This document shows, piece by piece, positions 40,373 to 51,202 of a DNA stretch of 64,000 nucleotides (positions are counted from its first letter, which is position 1; every line of letters starts with the position of its first letter). Both the position numbers and the translations under genes were made by a program. The stretch is from Nageia nagi (taxonomy: Eukaryota > Plantae > Pinophyta): contig JBITNC010000001.1 in assembly GCA_050084985.1 (NCBI GenBank), positions 170,438,001 to 170,502,000 on the forward strand. Reading direction: 5' to 3'. Below the pieces are notes generated by a model, which made no database searches, was not told the DNA's origin, and was given only the letters and a program-made list of their open reading frames with translations.

Positions 40373-42372
40373 TGTAATGTCTTCCTTTTGACATGTTTAG
40401 ACGTGGGATTCACTCTCCCCTTTATAACAAGAAAGAGTTAGTTTAAAAAAATAAAATAAATAAATTTTAGTTAGAATATTATTCCAAAAATAATTAAATT
40501 TTTAGTTGATGGGGATAACATAATTAAAATAATTAATAAAATAAGTATATCAAATTTAATTGTTAGTTAGTATATGCAACAACATTTATTAAGAGCATAA
40601 GTTGACACTTGTGTGAAACCTAAAAAGTACAAAGAAGGTTATTAAAATAATGTTGGGGAAAGGAAAAATTGCATTCTAATCATTGTAAAAAATTCTTCTC
40701 TAAAGTATAATTGTGTGAATAATTATATACAATCATTTGTGGAAAAAAATCCCAAATGTTTGGAGCATTCCATTGGGAATGAAATCCCTCATTTGCCAGA
40801 TAATATTGGAGATTTGAAGTTGTCATGAGTGTATGCAAGATGAATACATGTTTGAAGAACTATATGCATGCATAAAATTAGAGGCCATAACTATTAAGTT
40901 TTTTTAGTAAACAAACTTGTAGGCACATTTACTAGGTTTGAAAATTCTATTTATTTTAGTTGTTATTTGTGTGTTTATGTGAAGTTACATTTTAGTTGGA
41001 GTTTTATGACGGCATTAGAGCTAAGATCTAGCTAGATTGAAGGGGATATAAGAATAAAATTTATTGCATTTAGCCAATGATAGAGAAATCAAATATTAAC
41101 AAAGGGAAAAAAGAAGATATAGAATATGTCAAACGATGATACAAAGTTAGAGTTTATCAACATAATAAAAGCCTTCAAGGATGGAAAACTTATTGATTGA
41201 TTTTATTAAGTAGTACATGTTCCTATACTAAGCCTTGCAATGATTCCTCCATAAAAAATTAGAATACACCACTTAGATTAGCCATTAGTTATAGGGTACT
41301 ATGAGTCATCCTTTTTGTAAGAGAAGGTCATGCAACATGGAAAATATGTATTGGACTAGTAGGAGGATGACCTAAATGCCCTCCATATCGAATATGCAAC
41401 AAAAAGTATAAACATTCAAGGATACATCTCATTTATGAAGGTTTTTAGTTTGAAGTCTAAACCAAAATATTGGAATGAAGGAAGACCCACTCACAACCAA
41501 ACTCATATAGATCTAAAATACTAATTGGGGAAGCTCACCATCCCCTCATTTGATAAGTGCAACCAAACTTCATCCAAATAATGGATCTAAAAGTTAAACA
41601 TGTACTTATCATTAAGCTCTATGTATGAGGAGGAAGATTTAACATTTTTGAACCTTCACATGGAAGGAGTAGTGCATGAATGGTGTCATAACAAGCTAAT
41701 CACTCAAGGGCATAATCTTATCACAACTTACAAAGAGTTTTACAATAGTTTGATTGACATATTTGAGAGACAAGGCCCATAGGATAACTTTAGAGATTTT
41801 GTACAACTACAACATTATGGATTAGCTAATTCCCATGTGGATGATTTCTAGAGGATAGTTGTGATGGCATTAAATGTATTAAAGTGATGGTTGACATACC
41901 TCTTCATGTAGGGATTGAAATTTCTATAACTTGAAGTCAATATAATCAACTATCAAGAGGGCCTTGACATTAGAGACTACCACATCTAACATATCCTTAC
42001 AAAGGTCTACCACAAAGGATGGGAGTGTTGGAGTACCACAACATCAACAAAAGGCTCCTTACAAACCCTTTCCTCAAACATTGGGATCTGAACCTTCTCA
42101 ATTAATAGTTAAATAAAGATTAGGAAATCCCCTTAGGAGTTAACAACTACTTGATATGACTTGAAATGAGACATGGAGGAGATAATTATGTTTTAATTGT
42201 AAGGGGACCTGGGATCCAATACATAGGTTATTGGGAAAAGGATAAGTACACTTTATTGAGATGTTCTCAAATGATAAGGGAGATATGAAATCATGCATAG
42301 ATACATAAAACATAGTGGAGGATCTAGTGGCATAGATAAGCATTATCACAGATGAACTTCCATACTTAAAGG

Positions 42373-42854
42373 TGAAGGATTTGAACTAGATCTAAACAAA
42401 TCCTCTAGGACCTAAGACTAGGAAACTCAATCATACACAAGATAACACAATCACTCAAGATAACACAAGTGTAATGTGGTTCCTCCCTCCTTGGGAGTAC
42501 ATCCACAACTAGTATCTCAATTCTCAAGTATGTCCCTCTTACAACTATACTCTTCCTCTCCTACACAACTAGTAGAGTAATCTTACTCCAAGAACTTAGT
42601 TATGTTACAAGAGGAGAGGCCCTCTATTTATAGCTTGAGAGCACCTCCCTAACCTTCCTTTAACCCAAGGGTAAGGTTAGGGTTACATTAAATGTATCAC
42701 CTAACTTCAACCTACCAACTAACCATTTGGTAAAGTCAAAGTCTACATATTAAAGAATTCTATTAATCTCTTAAGGTATCTACATACCCTTAAGTGATTA
42801 ATTGAATTTATAAGGAGTTTAGATATTCACAATATTTCATTACAAATTCTAACA
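42373..42854 (-). repeat. 3' LTR
   Basis: TGAAGG...CTAACA on the + strand; about 99% identical to 50720-51202. Confidence 0.97.
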
Positions 42855-42863
42855 CTCCCCCTT
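42855..42863 (-). other. Polypurine tract
   Basis: AAGGGGGAG on the - strand, abutting the LTR. Confidence 0.85.
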
Positions 42864-43341
42864 AATGCAATATTGGGATAGAGTGTAGAAGAGAGAAGAG
42901 AGAGAGTAAGAGAGAGTTCTCCTCCATAGAGATACAAGTGGAGATGAGAACTTTTACATATTTGAGAATCTTTTTGAGAACTAGTATGAGACTCACTACA
43001 TTACCATTTGACAAAAAATGGTTTACAATACAATCATTAACCACAACTGGTTTCACTGTACATAGTAGTCGATCAACTTTAAGCTGACATGTGAGTCTCC
43101 ATGAGCTTGCTTTCACAAGGTGAGTAACCTGCATTTCTGAAGAAGATCCTGCATGCTACAAGCAACTCATGAACAAAATCAGTTAGATTCATCATATATT
43201 CAAATAAGAGAATCAAATAATGCCATCTTATAAATAACTGATCAATGGTGCACTATAAGCCATCACAGAGATGCCAAGCCATCACTCATAGTCACCTATT
43301 GTATATAGACATGTGTTGATTTTTAAATAGAGCATAAAAAT

Positions 43342-43631
43342 TGTACAACGAGTTTCTCACATAGAGCAAACTCACCACGGAGGTATAGAATGTACAACAA
43401 GTTCCTCACGCAGAGCAAACTTACCATAGAGGTATAGTAATTATATGCTCAAAATTTGTACAAGTTTCTCACGCAGAGCAAACTTACCACGGAGGTATAA
43501 AATGTACAACAAGTTTGTCACGCAGAGCAAACTTACCACTGAGGTATAAAATAATCAACACTCTATAACAACAATTGTACAACAAGTTTGTCACGTAGAG
43601 CAAACTTACCATAGAGGTCTAGAATGTACAA
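43342..43631. repeat. Array of five ~49-bp repeats in the copia 3' UTR
   Basis: TGTACAACAAGTTT.TCACGCAGAGCAAACTTACCA..GAGGTATA.AA at 43342, 43391, 43457, 43503 and 43576. Confidence 0.9.
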
Positions 43632-43677
43632 TCAAAAAAGGCCTCTTAGAGGTGAAGTTGTCATCAATAACAAAAGT

Positions 43678-46600
43678 TTAAACTTCACTCCCCCTTGAGG
43701 GCAACTTCACCAACCTGAGAGAATCCCTAAGCTTGTAGAACTGAGCTTCAGGAAGGGGCTTGGTGAACAAATCAATGGAGTTTTCAGTAGATGGACAATA
43801 CTGCAAGTGTATGATGTCATTTAGAACCTTCTCCCTGATAAAATGGGCTTGGATTTCCACATGTTTGGTTCTTTGATGGAACATAGGATTCTTAGCCAAA
43901 GAGATAACCGATTGATTATCTGACGAAATAAGAGATGGGCCATTTTGCTTATACCCAATTTCGTTCAAAAGATGCCTCAGCCAAATAGCATCTTGGGCAG
44001 CAACAGACATGGCTCGATATTTAGCTTCGATGGTAGAAAGAGTCACAGTAGGTTGCTTTTTGGAAGCCCAAGAGATAGCACTGGAACCAATGCTAAATAA
44101 ATATGCAGAGGTTGATTTTATATCATCTCTATCTCCCCCATAATCAAAATCTGAGAACCCTGAGAGAACAATTGAGGGCACTTTGGAATACTTAAGAGCA
44201 AGATCCTTTGTCCCTGTGATATACCTCAAGATTTGCTTAACAGCATGGAGGTGTTCAACATATGGTTTTTGCATGAATCGTGCCATCAGATTCACTGCAA
44301 AGGCAATATCAGGATGAGAGATAGTCAGATACAGAAGACTACCAATCAATTGCCTATAAGCTGTAGCATCAACCAACTGAGAATTTGAGCTCAGTGATAT
44401 AATGATTCTAGGAGAAATAGGTATTGCAGCATATCTACACTCCTCCATTCCAAACTTTTGCAAGATGTCTGATATATACTTAGATTGACTAAGATAAGTA
44501 CAATCTTTGTGTTGGTATACTTGCATCCCAAGATAGTAATGCAATAGACCTAGATCAGTCATTTCAAATGTTGCCTTCAGTTTGGAGATGCACTCTTGGA
44601 TGATTTCAAGATTATTGCCTGTTATGAGAAGATCATCCACATAAAGGAGAATTAAGACCACGTCTTTTCCTTGATTGAGTACATAGAGATCTGAATCTGA
44701 GAAGCACTTGGAAAAACCAATATCTATAAAGAATCCTAAAATTTTCTTGTACCATGCTCTAGGTGCTTGCTTAAGTCCATACAAAGACTTCTTTAGCTTA
44801 CACACAAGAGACTCTTTTCCTTCTGGAATAAATCCTTCTGGTTGATTCATGTAGATTTCAACATCCAAGTCACCATTGAGAAATGCACTCTTGACATCAA
44901 GTTGAAAAGCTTTCCATCCTTGAGCTATAGAAAGAGCAAGGATTATTCTAACAGTAGGCATCTTGGCCACAGGAGCAAAGGTTTCCTCATAATCAATACC
45001 ATATTTCTGAGCGAATCCTTTGGCCACTAACCTTGCCTTGTATTTTTCAAATTTTCCATCAAAATTGTACTTGACCTTGTATATCCATTTATTACCAATC
45101 ACATTTTTCTCATTGGGATAAGGAACCAAATCCCAAGTTTTATTTTTCATGAGCGCCTCATACTCAACTTTCATAGCTTCCATCCAACACTCTTGCTTGG
45201 AAGCTTCTTTGAAGGTTGATGGCTCATGTGTATTATCTATTTTGGCAAATAAAGAGTTATTCAAGGTCATACTCCTTGTAATTCTCTATGCTGGAGAATT
45301 TTGCTCTTGTGGTGACTTTTCGACATGATCATCCATCCAGTTTGGTGCAGGTGAAGAATCATCTGTATCAGACACCTCAGCATGAGAGGTCGTATCCTTA
45401 GAAAGTTCATTGAACTTGACATCCCTAGAAATAAAGACTATTTTATGGGATGAGGAGTAGAGCTTGTAACCTCTATGCTGATTATCATACCCCACAAAGA
45501 TGCATTTTTTTTATCATTTATCTAGCTTCTTTCTTTTCTCTAAGGTAATGAAGGCAAATGCATCACAACCAAAGACCCTGAAGTGTGAGAGGTTAGGTTT
45601 CTTTCCTATCCATGCTTCATATGGAGTTTTACCTTCAACTGCCTTAGTAGGACACCTATTTAGGGTGTGAATAGCAGTGTGAACAGCTTCTCCCCATAAG
45701 AAACTAGGAAGGTTACCCAACATGCATCTTGCCATTTCCGTAATGGTGCGATTCTTCCTTTCAGCAACTCCATTTTGCTGAGGGGTGTAAGGGATTGTGA
45801 ATTGTCACTTAATCCCATGTTTAACACAATAGTCATTAAACTCATTGCTATTATATTCACCCCCATTATCAGATCTCAGCATCTTGATCTTAAAATCAAT
45901 TTGATTTTCAACAAGTGCCTTGAAGTCTTTAAACTTGTCAAAAGTTTGATCCTTGTGCTCAAGTAGATAACCAAATGTCATCCTACTGAAGTCATCAATG
46001 AAGGTTAGAACATATGAAGCTCCCCCTAGGGACTTAGTCTAAAAAGGACCCATCAAATTTGAATGCACAAGCTGAAGAGGATGAGTAGCCCGAGTTACCT
46101 TATGTTTTTCAAACTTTTGTCTATTCATCTTTCCTAGAATGCACCTTTCACATAGACCAATTGTGGGTGAAATATTAGGTAAACCTTCTATAAGTGCTTG
46201 AGTTTTCATATATTGAATACTCTTGTGGTTAAGGTGCCCTAATCGTTGATGCCAAAGATTTCCTTTTGAACAAACATTTGCAGCAAGACAAATCTTTGAA
46301 GGTACTTGATCCATAATATAAAGGTCATCCTTTATTGATCCTTTCATTAAGGTGGCAAGTCCTTTCTTAACACACCAGGAGTGTGAGGTAAACTCAAATG
46401 AGCATCCTTTCCTTATAATCTAAATCACGGAGATGAGATTCATCCTTAGTTTAGGCACATAAAAGACATTATCAAGAGTCTTTCCATGAATCTTCACACT
46501 CCCTATTCCGTGAACATCAAGGACTGTATTATCACCTATCACAACTACATCCTTTTTGTACTTATGAAAGTTTTCAAACTTATCCTTTTCATAACACATG

Positions 46601-47598
46601 TGATTAGTGCATCCTGAATCAATAATCCAATCATTTGAAATAGTTTGAGTCATTGAGTAGTAGGCAACAGTAGCAGTATGATTGTTCTTCTTTCTATTAT
46701 TGAACATTCTCACATTTGCATTTCCCTTACCTTTTTGAGCAAATTTCTTTTTGCGACAATCATACTCTTTGTGCCCAAAGATGCCACAAAAGTTACAATT
46801 TCCATCAAATTTTTCCTATGGTGTTGGATTGCTTGATCCAGCTTTGTCATTCCTTTGCCTGTAGTTGCCATGATTATTGTTGCCCTTTTTGTCATACTTC
46901 CTGAAGGTAGATGAGGACTTGTTGTCTTTTAATTTATAATGTTTGAACTTTTTCTTGAAAGGAGTTTTGGTTGCTCCTAGAGCAATGCTATTGTCCTTTG
47001 GAGAAAGGTTCAACATTTTCTTGTTCAAAGTTTTCTCATGCTTCATAAGGAGTATAGAAAGGTTATCAAGTGAGATGACATCTTCTTCATCATCGAGCCT
47101 TGTTTCCATAACCATGACAAAGTTGCTAAATTTTGTAGTAAGGATTTGAAGAATGATGAAGACCATGAACTCATCATTGATCCAGTTGCACCCACAACCA
47201 ACTAGTTGTGTCCTGAGGTCAATGATTTTGTTCAAGTAGATAGAGGCACTTTCATCTTCACTTTGTCGATACTGCAACAACTTTTGTAGAATGGTGAACC
47301 TCCTTGAAAACTTGGACCCAAGGTAAATTTTCTTTAGTCTATCCCAAGTTTCCTTTGCTGAAGTTGATGAAGAGATCATGAGAAGGACATCATCTGAAAC
47401 TACACGATAAATCATTGAAGTTGCTAACTCATTCTTTGAGTTGTATACTTCAAGAGCCTTCTCATCGGTAGGAGCGACCAAGTCTTCACTAACTGTCTAC
47501 CACAGCTTTCTTACTTGTAACTTGGATTTCATACGAGGTTCCCATATTCCAAAGTTGGAACCATCAAGTATATGCTTGGGAACGAAGGTTTCAACCAT
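43678..47598 (-). pseudogene. copia gag-pol (1307 codons, one frame, 8 premature stops); the RT-RNase H portion 43678-45270 is still open
   Basis: LDGSNFGIW gag, CNFCGIFGHKEYDC, WIIDSGCTNHM, LWHQRLGHLN, FIDDF/RSDNGGEY, YVDD, RTKHVE. All ORF-track pieces share one reading frame. Confidence 0.95.
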
Positions 47599-49829
47599 TG
47601 CTACAAAAAAGAGTAAATATGCAATAAGAATGCAAACTTTTACAATTTTCCATCTATACATATAAAAAACATCTAATAAGCAAACATGTCCCACATGTGC
47701 AAACTTATTAACCATGATCCATAGAAGGATAAAGTTGGGGTTGTTTTCTTGTATAGAATTAGGCCTTCACCTGGATGCCCACAAGGTGGAGCCCAGGTAC
47801 TACCAGTCCTCAACCAGTTCACCTTGGTCAGTAATATACTCTCACAAGGAGAAATAGTAACTATTTTCCAAGGATCTGATGTATCTTGGACCGGCCATTT
47901 TAATTATCTTGATTAAGGTTTTCAGTTTTTCTCCTAGGTTATCAGGATAATCCCTGAATGGACGTGCAAACATGTGGTATCACTACACACATGCCTGTCC
48001 ACCTAATAGAGTTATGTCTAATCCAATAGAGGTCTTAGGTGCAATTAAGACGGACTTACCACCACTTGGGTCTTCAGACTAAAAAGGCTCCAATCTGCCT
48101 TGTCCTCACCTCATGGCTCCCCAAACAAGTCATGTTGTGGAAAATACGTGCGAATGTATTCATTTTAGGGGTTACTTTCAAATTTTTGCGTATTGCAAGT
48201 ATAAAGCAAATGTGCAAAAATATAAAGTAAAGTGAAAATACTCCATCCACATGAACTTGAAACCTTAAGAGTCCAAAATCGAGTCCAATGGGTTTTGTAC
48301 TAACCCCTAAAGGACTTTTACATTTTTCATATTTTTGCTCAAGTTCAAAAATAATGAATTTTACAAATGCTAAGTCCTACTTAGCATTAATCCATAACTT
48401 ACACATGTATTATTCCATGACTTAAAATTAAGTTTTAAACATGTATCATACATTTTAACTTAAAAATTTAAGTACTAAGCATGCTTTAGTCCTAACAAGG
48501 TTAAGAAGCATGCATTTTAAACTTAGCATGCAAGATCCATAAGTAACATGCAAGATCTATTTAGCATGCAAGATCCATAAAAATTTAAGTAAAAAATGAT
48601 AAAAATCCCCCAATTTTTACTTAAAGTGCTAACAACTTGGATGCTAAAAAATTGATGTTTAAGTATGGGGTCTCCCTATGATTCACGTAAGGGGTCATCC
48701 CTAAAAAAAAAGGGCTGTGAAGTATGTAGTTGAAGTAAACATAGCCTTTGTTGACTTTAAAAAAAAGACTTAGGGAAAAAACCGTGAAATATTTAAGTTT
48801 GACTAAGGCAAAAAATCAAATCAAATTTGGAGTGGGTAAAAAAAATTAAATACCCAACAACAAGAGTTTGATAAAAAAAATGAAAGGGCCATGTGTAAGC
48901 CTCAGGGAGGTTGAGAGGCTGGGTAGAGGTGGCAGGAGAGACCAAAGTGTGTAGAAGGGTGGTGAGTCACATGGAGGGTGAGAGGCTGGGCTGCAGAGGG
49001 AGTCCAAGGTGGTAAGGAGGTTGCGTAGGGGGGTGGAGGTTGCATGAGGTGCGTGGGGTAGCTGTTGACCACCTAAGGCACGACGTTAGGGCAGTGAGGG
49101 AGGAGGGTCACATTAAAAAAATAGAGGCTTGTAGTATATAGCCTGCATGCATCAGCCAAGATCTGGCGAGCGTGAAGTCCCTACCACCCCAAATTGGAGC
49201 AACTGCTATGGGGTGCCGAACCTTGATAAATTTTGTAAATGGTGCATGAACGTTTATGGCAAAATGGTTAGTCCAATTGGGGTTTGGTATCACCCACATG
49301 AGTAGATGGTAGGATTACAGAAGTAGCATTGGTGCTACATGGATCCACAGAAGCAGACGACTATACAAATTGTCACATTGATAGGAGGTATAATCATGCG
49401 ATGCAGCACCCTATAGGTCATCAAACATGGCATGGTGGGTAGATCCAGCAATCATGGTGTAGCATATCTGATGTGGGTAGAGCCCGGGATGATGGCAGGA
49501 TGTGGAGGAGGCCAGAAGATAGTAGTGAAGTCACATGCACCATTGTGTGTAGAGCCTGCGATCAGTGCAGGGCATGAAACTATGTCTGCATGTCCCTGAG
49601 TGTGTGGGCAGGAGGAGCAGGGGTAGAGGAGCCACCACCACTCACGCGAGGAGGACCCCCCCCCCCCCCCGATTTTAATAAAATGTATACAATTTTAATT
49701 TTTATCTAATGACCATAATAAATTTCCCGCCCCCTAGATAGTTTTTTTTTATTTATATTTTAAACAAATTTAAAATATAAAAAATATACATATATTTTTT
49801 TAATTACATTTTAAACAGATTTAAAATAT

Positions 49830-49866
<37 letters not shown>

Positions 49867-49935
49867 ATTGAATTGAAAATAAAAATATATATATATATAA
49901 TTTTGTTTTGATTATTTTAAACAAATTTAAAAAAT

Positions 49936-49970
<35 letters not shown>

Positions 49971-49994
49971 TTGTGATTATATTTTAAACAAAAT

Positions 49995-50033
<39 letters not shown>
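49830..50033. repeat. (TA)n microsatellite cluster in the copia leader
   Basis: Several TA runs inside repeated TTTTAAACA.ATTTAAAA units. Confidence 0.85.
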
Positions 50034-50038
<5 letters not shown>

Positions 50039-50595
50039 TGAGCCTTTAAATATATTAGTGTGCCCCTAAAATTGTGGTAGAACAAAAAAAATTATCTTCC
50101 TCTCTAATTTTTAAATGTTCATGCCTCACTAAAAATACCATTAACAAAAAAAATGGTAGTATATGTAGGAGAAATGTCACACTAATATAGTACTATTTTT
50201 TAAGCAAATAGTAATAACATAATACTACTAACAAAAAAAATGTTATTATATATTGCAATTTTGCATTATATTGGTATTTAATCAAATAATTGAACCAACA
50301 CACACTTTTAAGTTTAATATAATATGAACAACAAATTACAATTTTTGTATACTAACCCTTTTTAAATGAACTATAGCAATTTAAAATTGCAAGTAACATA
50401 GAGGATTAGGAAAAAATTGCAACTTGTTAATCACAACGTAAAAAAGACTAACACATAGCAAATAAGGTGTTAGTAGCATTATGTAATAATCCAAAAAAAA
50501 TGACCAAATGAGGAGGAAATTTATACCTTCTCTTGGAATTTACCTCACTAATGGAGTGTAAGATGAGAAATGAAGAAGGATCACCAAGATGTAGC

Positions 50596-50705
50596 TTCCA
50601 CACCAAGAGAAGAGCATCCACAACAAGAAGAGCTTCTACACCAAGAAGAAGAGATTCCACAACAAGGAGAGTTTCTACACCTAGAAGAAGAGCTTCCACA
50701 ACAAG
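50596..50705. repeat. 18/21-bp tandem repeats adjacent to the PBS
   Basis: CCACAACAAGAAGAGCTT / CTACACCAAGAAGAAGAG-type units, about 5-6 copies. Confidence 0.75.
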
Positions 50706-50717
50706 GCTCTGATACCA
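50706..50717 (-). other. Primer-binding site (tRNA-iMet)
   Basis: Perfect TGGTATCAGAGC on the - strand. Confidence 0.95.
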
Positions 50718-50719
50718 AT

Positions 50720-51202
50720 TGAAGGATTTGAACTAGATCTAAACAAATCCTCTAGGACCTAAGACTAGGAAACTCAATCATACACAAGATAACACAATCA
50801 CTCAAGATAACACAAGTGTAATGTGGTTCCTCCCTCCTTGGGAGTACATCCACAACTAGTATCTCAATTCTCAAGTATGTCCCTCTTACAACTATACTCT
50901 TCCTCTCCTACACAACTAGTAGAGTAATCTTACTCCAAGAACTTAGTTATGTTACAAGAGGAGAGGCCCTCTATTTATAGCTTGAGAGCACCTCCCTAAC
51001 CTTCCTTTAACCCAAGGGTAAGGTTAGGGTTACATTAAATGTATCACCTAACTTCAACCTACCAACTAACCACTTTGGTAAAGTCAAAGTCTACATATTA
51101 AAGAATTCTATTAATCTCTTAAGGTATCTACATACCCTTAAGTGATTAATTGAATTTACAAGGACTTTAGATATTCACAATGTTTCATTACAAATTCTAA
51201 CA
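50720..51202 (-). repeat. 5' LTR
   Basis: Direct repeat of 42373-42854. Confidence 0.97.
50972..50979 (-). promoter_or_regulatory. LTR TATA box
   Basis: CTATAAATAG on the - strand near the middle of the LTR (second copy near 42624). Confidence 0.7.

Larger units (their letters stand above)
42373..51202 (-). mobile_element. Full-length Ty1/copia retrotransposon, 8830 bp
   Basis: 482/483-bp LTRs differing at 4 positions, perfect TSD AAAGG (42368-42372 and 51203-51207), perfect iMet PBS, PPT, single-frame gag-pol. Confidence 0.97.

Noticed and set aside
42862-43134. 90-aa ORF after pol as an env-like gene
   Set aside because: Short, its hydrophobicity comes from a CT-rich low-complexity tract, and it has no recognisable motif.
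43342-43631. Repeat-spacer pattern resembling a CRISPR array
   Set aside because: Eukaryotic retrotransposon 3' UTR, repeats partly abut without spacers, spacer lengths are irregular, and there are no cas genes.
48040-48080. Hammerhead ribozyme core (CTGAAGA on the - strand)
   Set aside because: No correctly placed GAAA or stem II/III could be found.
50720-51202. Heat-shock elements as in ONSEN
   Set aside because: No nGAAnnTTCnnGAAn array seen; the ONSEN analogy is limited to CG/CHG absence.
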